DNA of 64,000 nt, from NCBI GenBank assembly GCA_964187785.1, contig OZ076411.1, positions 81,344,001 through 81,408,000 on the forward strand, written 5' to 3'. This document shows positions 49,401 to 61,400 of this stretch, one piece after another. The first letter of the stretch is position 1. Each line of letters opens with the position of its first letter. Both the position numbers and the translations under genes were made by a program. This DNA comes from Amphiscolops sp. MND2022 (lineage: Eukaryota). The notes beneath the pieces were generated by a model. It was not told the DNA's origin. It saw only the letters and a list, made by a program, of their open reading frames with translations, and made no database searches.

Positions 49401-52400
49401 TCTTCTCGTGGAAGAAAAGTTGTAGAAGACGTGGGAAGTGAGATGAATCTACATCTGCTTTCAGTTTGGACCTTATACACCTAAACTTTTCACCAGTTGT
49501 ATCTGTCTTGGGTTCGTTCTTGACTGATTCATAATATTTTGTAATATTACTCAACGGTTGTTAAAGTTTGACTTATTGAAGTAACAATTTCATTAAAAGT
49601 TAAGTTTTTGCCAGTTTTGTTTTCAATCTGCGCCTTTCCGTTTTCGAACTCGTTTCTTGAAACCAGCAATCTCTTGAAAACCTTCGATCCATTTTTGTCT
49701 CAGTATGATTGATCCGAAAATCTATTCGAACTTTTTGAGTGGATATCAATATCTACTTGACCTGGTATCCCTGGTTCTCCCGAAGCTCCAATTTGTCCTG
49801 GGTATCCTGCATCCCCTATGACGCCCTTAGACCCAGGCAGTCCTGGCATTCCAGGGTCGCCCTGTGGTCCCTGCGTCTTCTCGTCGAAGTACCCGCCGAA
49901 CCATCCTGATTCCCCGCGTTCTCCTTTCATGCCATTAGGTCCTGGTGAACCTGCGAGAAGCTACCAACATGATCACCATCCAATGTTTTCGTTGGGTCTT
50001 CAAAAATTATATAATTTTTGAACAACTATTTAATCGTGTAGCTTCAAGTGTTGGAAATTTTCATTATGTTGAGGGAATCTTCGGAAAAGTCTTGCATTTT
50101 CTCAAATTTGATCGCTTTGAATGCAATATCACTACAATGATTAATTCAAAATGTAACCTGATTGCCTGTAATATGCCGTTATTGTCAGCGAACATAAATT
50201 TGCTGATTTGTGGTTTTTATGATTCCTAGTTTTTAACCTATTTGTACATACTGAATAGAAAAGCAAAAAACAGACCTGGCATTCCTCGAACCCCTGGTGT
50301 TCCCATGTCACCGAGAGTTCCCTTTTGACCGGGTTGACCCGGAGGCCCCGGAAATCCCCTACCAGGGTCTCCTTGAGGTCCGGCTTCTCCCACGTCTCCT
50401 GGGAAACCCGCGGGTCCCGAGAACGTGTCACCTTGTGGACCAGGTATTCCTGGAAGCCCTATTTCGCCCATCAAACCCTTCATTGCACTTGGGGGAGAGA
50501 AACCATTGGTTCCTGGTCTTCCCGCTATTCCTGGAAAAGTAACGCTCAAATTGATACAAAAACATGTTATTAGCTGCCAATCTCTATGAAACCCTGTAAA
50601 AATTAGTTCGTTTCATTTCAGTTGTCGATGTTTTCTAATCTATCATCAAAATCTTTCTCATTGCGACATTTCTCGTGATTCAAGAAACCATCAGAAAAGC
50701 TCTTCAAACACATTGAAACTACGTTAATGCATGAAACAGAATTGTCTTGCCTAAATTAAAGACGGGCGTGTCTTTAACGTGGTATCAATACGCTACAAGT
50801 AGCAGAACCCCAGTGTAGTTAACAGACTCATTAAAGTTACTTTGGTGAACATCGGCCAGTGGAGGGGAATTCACAAATCTTGTTAATGTATCACATTTTT
50901 GTTGATCAATTATATAATCAGATTCAGTATATTTGAAACCCCAGATCTGACTTCAGTAAGTATTGCAGTTCTTAGTTTTTCTGACAGAATTGGTCCTACC
51001 TTTCTGGCCTGTGGCACCTGGGTATCCAAGTTCTCCTTTGGCCACAATTTTTTGGATCTCCTCGTACCGAATTCCCGGCTCGCCTTCAGGTCCTTGTGGT
51101 CCCATAGCTCCAGCTGAACCCTGCTGGCCTACAATTTGCATCCCCGGTTGACCTCTTGACCCCTGAGGTCCTCTGGGACCAGACATTCCTGGAATTCCGG
51201 ATGGACCTCTTTCTCCTGTTTGACCTGGGTAGCCTGAAATGAGCAATCATCTTGAGAACGAGATGATAAAAAATACCACTGGATTGTGGAATAGAAACTT
51301 TCATGAACACTCTGAAAGATTTGCGAACCAGCCTTCTATAATATATCATATTTTACTTTCGATTGGCACAAGATCAAAACTTGAGTAAAATTTCAGCGCA
51401 TCAAAGTTTTCTAATTAAGGGCTAAACTTACGTATTTGAGAATAGGACGAAAACCCTCACCTGGAATTCCCATTTCCCCCTTAGCTCCACTGGGTCCTGT
51501 TGGTCCTGGTACCCCAGGAACGCCTCTGCTCCCCGGGAGTCCACTCGCCCCAGGATCCCCTCTATCGCCCACCAGAGATTAATAAGGCTTCATTTTGAGT
51601 CAAAGTAAAAGCCAATTATTGAATCATGAATGAATTTTTGACCGTATTGCCACTATATGAAGCTGTGGCTGTGGGATTTGTAAGGCGTAAAGAAGCTATT
51701 CTGAAGAGTTCAGAATTCTTGAAGCAACAAAAACTTGGTTGGAACATTATTGACTATTACGAAAAGATTTTGTGGCATTCAAAAACCAACATCCACTGGA
51801 ATTTTGACTAATTGCTATATAATTTTGATGGTTAGCAAGTTTTCTTAATCCCTGGTGCCAGATCTTCCTGGATATCCATTCATTCCTGCCTCTCCTTTGG
51901 GTCCACTGGAACCAGGCATCCCTGGGCGTCCAGATGACCCGGCATCCCCCATGGGTCCTTTGTATCCCACGGGCCCCTGTGCGCCTCCGGCCCCTGGTTG
52001 TCCTGAAAATTGCAGAAAAAATTTAGAGCGTTAATACTTCTCGTGCTTTTGGTGTTATCCTCCCGAGAACAGTCTTTGAATTTGTAGCCAAGTAGTAGAA
52101 AGAAACCCTTTCAATTATCTTTTCCTTCTCAGTGAAGGAGGTTCTATTCGCTGCAAAAGTTTAAGCTTTTGGAAGTGCTATTTGAAACCAGATCGATTTT
52201 CTGACTGGTGTTGCGTAATTTTCCGTGTTCAGTTTAAGTTTAGGGCTGGAATGGGGATAATTTTCAATCTTTTTTGAAGCCATGTGATCTTTGTTTTTCG
52301 TCTCACTGACCTGCATCGCCGATTTGACCTTTGACTCCAAGTTGTCCTGGTGCACCTGGGAATCCGCTGTCTCCCTTGACTCCCATGAAACCAGGTTGAC

Positions 52401-55400
52401 CCGAAGAGCCCCTCATCCCTGTGTTTCCTCTTTCACCCTGAAACGTCGCAGAAAACTTGCCGATAAAACTGGTAGTCGAAAATCGACTTCGAAAAAGGGC
52501 ACTAATGTATGAGCTACTGTTTCAATTGGAAATGTGAGTCCTTGAAAAGTCGCATAAATTGTGCGTTTTCTGTAACTTTTTCCATAATTTTTAGTCGGCG
52601 CTTCATGAAGTGAAACGCGACTATTATAGTGACTCTTTTTTTCTATCCACACGAACTGACCAAAATAGTTCTACAAAAGTTCTACAAAATATTATTGCAT
52701 CAAAATGCACTATTTGGTCTAGCGAACTGAACCAAAAAGGTTTTTTCTGTTTTTCCGCGTAACATACCATACCGGGCGAGACCAAAGACTCCCCCCTTTC
52801 ATTTTTTTCGGCACTGCGAGACTTTTCTTTTCGAAAAAAAAATTTTCCCCAAAGGGTCCCCCCTGCATTTTTTAAAATGTTTTGCGACAGAATGGATGTT
52901 GGAAAATCCCAAATGGTCCCCCCTTTCAGTTTTTTTCGGCATTGTGAGATTTTTTCCCGAAAATGAAAATTTTTGTTTTCTTCAATTTTTTCATGTTTTG
53001 CGACAGAATGGATGTTGAAAAACCTCAAAGGGTCCCCCCTTTCAGTTTTTCGGCATTGTGAGACTTTAGCGCGCCAGGGGCTCGCGCTAGCGAGCCCCGG
53101 CGTGCCACTCGGTCCATTTTTTTGAGTATGTAATTTTTTCGAAAAATTTTTTTCAAAAAATTTCGATTTTCGAGTACTGTAAAAGAGTACTTGACACTTG
53201 GAAGTCTTTTTGCTATTTTTGAGCCTTGGATATGGCGCCGACTTGGGCCGGTCCCGGCTTGTTTCATTTTCTTTGACATAGGTACGTTGTTATAGAATCC
53301 TTGTTTCATTTATTTACGCTTGGTAGTTATGTTTTCTTTAGTCCGAGAAGAATTAAAGGCGGTGTAAACTGATAGTGAATAATTGTGCGCTTTATAAATG
53401 ACATGATTCTATTTTTGAACATGAAAGCCTAAAAGCGAAAATAATACTGTGCCCCGCAGGGGCCTATTTTGTAAATTTTCTTTCTTTAGATGTCAGCAGT
53501 TGTAGCAATAGCACATGGAAAAAACGTAAAGGGGAGGTTACAAAAAGATTGAGTACCTACGTTCAAAATTTGGATGTTCCCTTAAAAATGCAATGTTTCA
53601 TTCTTGAGACTCAACAATGGAAAATGTTCCGAGAAATCTGACTTGGGCCGAAAAATAAATTTCTTAAAATTGTTCAATAAGTTTTTCAGGATAATCCATC
53701 AGTAAGTGAAAGTTATAGTTCACAAGCTTTTTTTGCAAGATTTTGCAAATCGCGGAAAAGGAACTATACCTCTGGGGGCTAATATCTGAAAATGTAGTTT
53801 TTCCTTGATTTTTCGCGATACTTGTTTCTTCTGTTTGAATTTTGTGGTTGCCCTTAAAAGCCACTGACTTAACTTTTAAAGCCACTGCATCTTCTCGATG
53901 CAAGATGGCTATGATGCATAATCAAAAACCTGTTCGCCATTGGTGCAGAAATTTTCGCATATCCAGAAATAGGTTTTAGAATTATAGAGCGTTGAATTTT
54001 CCCGCTTGTTGAATATTTTTCTCGTTTTTCAGAGAAGTTGTATGGAAGACGAAAACGTGATTAATCTCTTGAAGCAGCTGAAACTTCCCGATAACCTGAA
54101 TTCTCATTTCAGGAGCAACAACCTTGATTTTCTGTTTTCTTATTCGGAAGAAAGACTTGTTCTAATCGAGTTTTGCCTCCGACAGGGTTGGGATCTGTGG
54201 ATTGTATACCAGGTTCCTCTAATAACGTGTAATCGTATATTCGAAGCAGAGTTTTGACACAGCTAATCAGGGAATTAGCGGCCGTGCAGAATTTTTCCAG
54301 CAATTAATAGATTATTATCGGAGAATACGCGGAGTTTCCAACTCCTCATCTGTAAAACCCTCACGGTATAAAAACTTTTCTTCTTGCAAAGATCGTTTAT
54401 ATTTCAAACATTCTTGAATTCAAACATTTAATGTTTGAAGTTTTTCAGCAAATGTTTGAAGTTTTTCAGCAAAATAGCAATTTTGAAATGAACGAAAAGG
54501 CGATGTCAAAACTCGGAGCCAGATTTGATTTTTCCGTACCCTGCATGAATTCAATAAACATTGTGGATAGCATTCGTAGCACCTCTTCAAGATCCATCAG
54601 AAAAATGAAAGCCGCTCTTGTGGGAAAAAAGGATTACGTCCCAAATGACATAAATGCAAATGACATAAATGCAAATGACATAAATGCAAATAACATAAAA
54701 ATAAATCAATTCCCAGAAAACATAAAACAATTAAACGCTTCTGATTGGTTGCAATTGAAATTCAACCTTGCGTTACTTTCTCGCTTGCGCTGAATCATTG
54801 TTATAGCCAATATGTTGGAACTTGATTTATTTGAAAAGGTTTGCATATTTGTTGTATGGCTCGGTCGCTTCGCTCCCTTCGCCAAGTAGCAACATTGAGG
54901 CATGGCCATATGGCACGTCGCTCCGCTTCGCTTCGCTCCTGCATTTAGGGCACTAGGGGTATGTGAACATATCTGACTACGTTATAATATAATTTTATTT
55001 TTATGTTAAATGGGAATTCAATGTACTTTTATGTTTTCTGGGAATTAATTTATTTTTATGTTATTTGCATTTATGTCATTTGGGAAACCACCGAAAAAAG
55101 GCCGAGGTTTATTTTTTTGAATAAATATAAAAGACTCAACATCGCTGTCAATTTTTGTCAATTTGTAAAAAAAAGTCTCGTTTTCCCAACCCTGTCCCTT
55201 CGAATTAGCTGAATCATCTCTGGGTCACAAACTGTTTCTACCCGATGAAAGTGGATTTTCACGACTAGAAAAATTGAGACTGGCCTGTGTACAGTTAAAC
55301 CTTGGTGGCCAAGATGATACAACTATTTTGAAATTCCTACAGAGCGTCACTGGGAATCGAACCCTGGACCTCAGAATCTGGGAGGAACTTTTGATTCTTA

Positions 55401-58400
55401 CTCTCAGTGCACAGATTTCAAGCAACAAGACTGGCTCTGAAGGTGAAACAAGTCCCGAACCTGCTGTTGGTGAGGAAGAGCTTCTTGTTTTTGCTGATAA
55501 CAAACGTGCCTTGGATCAACTGCTAAGATTGGACAGCTTTCATAGTTCTTTGTTCAGGACTGAAGCTAATTTCGAAACAATTTCCAGCAAGGATTTCAAC
55601 AGGTAAGGAGTCGCCAAATCAAGTTCGAGACGTGATTTTGAAAGTTCTATTGTGGTCAAACTCTGAAACTTGAATTCCCGAAAACCCGATTTCATTTTGA
55701 TTGTTTTTTGAACCTGAATTTTTTCTATTGAATTTTTGATATTTTTATTTGATTTAGTATTAGTAAAATTGTCAAACATTTCTCAAATTTTATAATCAGA
55801 AGTGTTTGTTGACGAGGGAGGTTTGACAATCCATAAATCTGACAATCCATGGGGTGCTTCCCATGTGACAAATAATTTCCGACGATAAATAAAATTTGAT
55901 ATACCTTGTCCTAACCGATGTTTTCCAAATTTGTTTTATAGGACCGTTATTGACACTGGAGGCTCTGCAGCTTGCAGCCTACTGACACCCAAACTCTTTT
56001 CACTGACACGCCCTCCATGTAATAAGGGCAGAAAATATTTTCTCTCTACACCAAATCCCGGTTTCAGTACGCGCGGTCCTTATTAAAGTTATAGAGCATG
56101 AGAGAAAAAATAATCAGAAGTGTTTGTTGATTTTCAAGCTGGTTTTGTTCGTTTCAGACCGACTCGCAAGCCTTCGCCGAGAATAGACGAAACAACTTGT
56201 GAGGACATTTTAGCATCAGTGAAATCTAGAACGTCTACCATCGAAGAACAAATCAAACACTTGGAACTTGGATTGAATCACGAAGAAGTTGACACATTCG
56301 CATCTGTTGTCGAAACTTCAGATTTGGATTCCCAGTGTCGACAAATTGCTGATAAAATTGATGACTTATCCAAAGCGGTTGACCAATTCACCAACATGTA
56401 TAATGCTACTATTCGTGGTTGTAGCTCCAAACAGTTGATGCCTAAAAATATTTCGAAATTGGGACCAACCAGCGCTGCGCTGACCAAGGCTCACCAAAAT
56501 TTTAAGAATAGTGTCAACCGTCAGAATGAAATTAATTTTTTGGCTGAGAGAATTCTTTCAATAAATGAACCCAGCTTATATAAAGCTTCGAGTTTCTGAA
56601 TTATTTTTGTTTTTCTTTGTGATTGAACCTTGTTGAAAGTAGTTAAATTTTACATGCATCAGTGTTTTTGTTGCTTTTATGTGGCCTTATTTGGCCTTAC
56701 GTGAGTTATTTGGCCTTACTGTTGATAAAAGCTCTTTTTGCTCTTATTTTCTTTCCCAAGTTTTCATAATTTTTCTGCGCTTTCGCCAAGTTGGTTCATG
56801 GAAACTTTAGTTCCGTTTCTCATATCTCATTGCTTGCTGTCAATAAGAATGATAGAGAGATTATATTCCATATCTATATCGACGTCAGTAACCTTTGACC
56901 CTGGTTGGCCGGGCAACCCTGGCATGCCGGTCATTCCCTGAAACCCTTTAGCCCCAGGTGACCCCGTTGCACCCTGCATTCCTGAGAAACCTCGTTCGCC
57001 TTCGGGACCCGACACGCCCACCGCACCCTGTGGTCCTTGACTACCGGGAAAGCCAGGAAATCCACGTAACCCTGAACAAACAAATTAGTTCAATATATGT
57101 ACTTGTTTGGGCGCATTTTCTGTCTATCTCTATTGTATTGAGGCGGGTTTTGTTTCATGTGATAATTTTTGTGCGCAGCAGTTGAAATTTGTGCAAGTGA
57201 ACAAGATGCCATGATTGCACAAATGAACCCTGATCAAGGATACGACATAAAATGATGCAGTGCATCATTTTATGTCGTATCCTTGATCAGGGTTCATTTT
57301 GCAATAACATACGTTAATGTTCTAAACAAGAAAAGGTCTTGACACCAGGGGTACTTTCGGTGCCATGGTTACGATTTCATTCATATTTTCTGTTGCAATT
57401 TGCAAATCAGAAATGAATCCCTGTTTCTGAATAAAGAGTTCGTGTCTTGATTTAATTTGTACGTTATGCCAAATTTTGCAAGCATACCGTCGCTTCCTGG
57501 TGATCCTGGTCTACCTGGGTACCCTGTTTGTCCAGGCATGCCCTTGCTACCGTCATATCCAGGACCTCCTGCTGCTCCAGGGTCTCCGTTTTCCCCCTTC
57601 ATGCCCGGTGCACCTGAAATCAAGTCACTTACGAAAGCAATGCCCAAGTTTGTGCCTGTTCTTGGTATTCGTATTCTCAATTCTCATGAAACTACGTCTT
57701 TTATGACATAACTGACCTACCCTTTGCATTTATGAATTCTCACGAATTATTTAGAACCATAAAATGCTTCTATAGGATTAGCTTTGAATGGTATTTATCT
57801 TTCCTTGTAGAATTGAAATCGCTGTCAAAATGCTCTTTTATGAATATCTTGAATCAAGGGAGTCACCTGGTAGGCCCTGCAACCCGGGAAATCCCAGCAA
57901 ACCCGGACTTCCCGGAAAACCCGGATCTCCACGTGGTCCTTGTCTGCCCGTCGATCCGTAATCTCCTTCTGGACCTGCTAGTCCAAAGCGGCCTGGCATC
58001 CCATTGGGCCCCGGGGGTCCTTGGAATCCGGCGTTTCCCCTTTCACCTTTGGACCCCGGGTATCCCGGCTGACCTGGGTATCCTGTGGCTCCTGTCATAC
58101 CTGGCATCCCCATGTCTCCTTTGGATCCAATCATCCCAAAACTGGAAGTTCCGGGTTCGCCTCTCAGTCCTTTTGGTCCAATGGTACCTGGATGAACATG
58201 ATTGATTAAATGAGTGATTCGTGGAATTCCTCTACCGTTCTAGCTTTTCTGAAGAATTGTGAATTACGCACTGTAAAATTTGGCCAGTTTTTTAGTCGGC
58301 GCTTTTCTTTAGAAAAGAGTCGACTATAGTCATGGCTTTTCGTCAGTGTTTTTAGTCGGCGCTGCATGAAGTGAAACGCGACTAATATGGTGACTTTTTT

Positions 58401-61400
58401 TCTATCCACACGAACTGACCAAAATAGATCTTAAAAGTTCGACAAAATATTATTGCACCAAATTGTACTATTTGGCCTAGCGAACTGAACCAAAAAGGTT
58501 TTTCCTGTTTTTCCGCGTAACATACCATACCGGGTGAGACCAAAGGGTCCCCCCTTTCATTTTTTCGGCACTGCGAGACTTTTTTTCGAAAAAAATTCCC
58601 TCAAATGGTCCCCCCTTCAATTTTTTGCTGTTTTGCGTCAGAATGGATGTTGGAAAATCCCAAAGGGTCCCCCCTTTCAGTTTTTTTCGGCACTGTGAGT
58701 TTTTTCCGAAAATAAAAATTTTCCCCCTTCAATTTTTTGATGTTTTGCGACAAAATGGATGTTGAAAACCCCCAAAGGGTCCTCCCTTTCAGTTTTTTTC
58801 GGCATTGTGAGACTTTTTTTCCAAAAAAATTATTCATAAAAGGGTCCCCAACTCACCAATACTTTGACATATTGAAGTCCTTTTGCTATTTTTGAGCCTT
58901 AGATATGGCGCCGACTTGGGCCGTTCCCGGCTTGTTTTATCGCTTGGTGACTTTCCTGTAGCGCGTTCAAAAGTGCGTTTACTATATTGAAATTTATTAG
59001 ACTACCTCCAAACGAATAGAATGATTTATTAAAATTTCTTGTCATAATACTGCATCGCTTATACGTACTTAGTTTTCATTCAGTCAAATAATGAATATTT
59101 AGTTCCATTCGGTATCTGTAAGTTGAAATATATTGATATGACTTAGTTGCTTACCAGGTAAACCCTGGAAACCAGCTGACCCCTGCTCCCCTCTTAGTCC
59201 TTTGGCCCCCACTGCCCATCCAGGGTCCCCTCTCTCTCCCTTCTGTCCAGGTGCCCCACTCAACCCAGGCCATCCAGGGGCACCTTGTTGTCCTTTGTCA
59301 CCCGTCGATCCTGCACTTCCTGGAAAAACAGTCTTCAAAATTTCAGACAAAACGAGAATTCGTGAATCTCGATAATTGTGACCCCGGAACCTCAATTGTG
59401 CCAAGTGCTGATTTTCTTCGATAGCGAGGCTTCAAATCAGGTTTATATACAGTTTAAGTCAAACCAGTTGTCTTGAACGAACCTTGACTTTACAAATCGA
59501 TACGTGCATGGCTTTTCCTTCGTTGTAACAAAGTTTTGTTCTGGGAAACTGGCTCTAGACTTAGTAGTGCCTCGTAGTTATTGGTTCTTTTTAATCAGTT
59601 GATGTTCGTTTCAAACGTTGTTAACTGTATAAGATTTTGACGTAACTTGGTTCATCAAATGAGCAATTTGGGACTTCAGATAGTGTTCAAATTAAGGAAT
59701 TAATCTTCAATTCTGTACATGAAAAGAAAAACCTTTAGACCCGGGTGATCCCGGAAATCCAGGGTATCCTCCATCACCCTTCTCCCCCTCGACACCTGGT
59801 GCTCCCATGGGTATATCTGCTGTTGGTCCTCTAGGTCCTTGCATGCCAGGGTATCCTTGTGCTCCCATGTTTCCAGGCATTCCCATCTGTCCCGGGGCTC
59901 CTCTTCCTCCCGCTGATCCAGGGATGCCTCGGATTCCTTGAACGAATGGCAAATATTGAAGTTAGTTTCAATTTTTTAAATGAATTTTCGATCAACTTCT
60001 ATTCAGACTTGCTGCAAGAAGTTGAGATTTTCTGGAATTACCAAGTACGCGAACCGCCATTGATGAAATTTATATTTGAGCTGATTTTTGAGACTAAAAT
60101 TCTTGACCCACAGATGTTTGATAGTCATCTTCAACATCATTCACTGTCTTGTCTAAGTAAAAAATCCAACAACTAGATAAAATCTTTGATCTAGGGCGAA
60201 ACGGACTTCTTACCCGAAATGTTTCCCTTGGACAAACTAAGTGATAACAAATTACAAGATAGCACTGTTTGAAAATCCAATTTTTCTGTAATATGCGGTG
60301 CAGCTGCTCGAACTGATGAATAAGATAAGACTGACCTTTGAGCCCGGTTGGGCCTCGCTGACTCATGATTGCAATGCCCGGACTTCCCCTCTGTCCCTGT
60401 TGACCTGGTAGTCCATTATGTCCGAGGTCACCGGTTTCCCCGCTCAATCCTGTTAATCCAACGTCATCACTCTCAACACAAACGAGCACAAAACAAATCT
60501 GAAATAACTTCATGAAGTCACTGAGAAGCCGTGCTGAGGTTTCGTACTCAACCGTGATTTTGAGTTTTTCTTTTAGACAGTTGTTTCGTAGCCACCTGTT
60601 GAGCGTGCGTTCATTTTTTCTTTAGTTTTTCTTTTGATTTTTGACGTTAGTAGACTGACTGACGAAATACAACTCGACTATCTCGTGACATTCAATAATG
60701 TTTTAACCTTGTGATCCCTTCACCCCCTGTACTCCCATGGGCCCGGGACGCCCTGGGGGACCGACAATTCTGGCAGGGGAGATGTAGTCACCCGGGAACC
60801 CCTTGAACCCCTCCATGCCCTCTGTGCCCGCTTCTCCCCTGAGGCCCTTCACCCCTTGGGGTCCTTGCGGGGCCTGCATAACATCGCCCATGGGTCCTCT
60901 CTCCCCACGGAGTCCTCGGTTGCCTTGAAGCCCCGGGTACCCCACATATCCTTCGTCTCCTGCGTCACCCTATGAAGCACTGTTTACACTTAGGTTTACA
61001 CTGTTATACTGTTGGTTTAGTTTTCGAGTAGCGTTTTGACATGGTTAATTTTTTTTCGCTAATCGGTAAATCACCCATTTCAATATCGCTATTTTTATTA
61101 GTTCTGCGATAGCAGGAATAATATTGCAATCTGAACTTGGCAACTATTTTTCAGTCAACTTTCGTTAGCGATTCCGAGTACCTACTGAATAAATCAGATA
61201 TTTTGTTCGGCAGAGTATAAGCGTGAAATTTAAATTTCTCAAGTTGCCGACAACAATTCGTTTCTCGTCCGATGGAACGAGCGCGTGGTAATTATGCATT
61301 CGTACGCCGAATTCATTGAGATGAAGCGTGCGAATGTTCGTAGATATGCTTTCGTACGCCGAGTTAATTATTCGTTCGCCGAGAGCTTGGCCTGCATTCA

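Noticed and set aside
54431-54793. ORF with NDINA repeats
   Set aside because: It is a translation of the MITE arm microsatellite.
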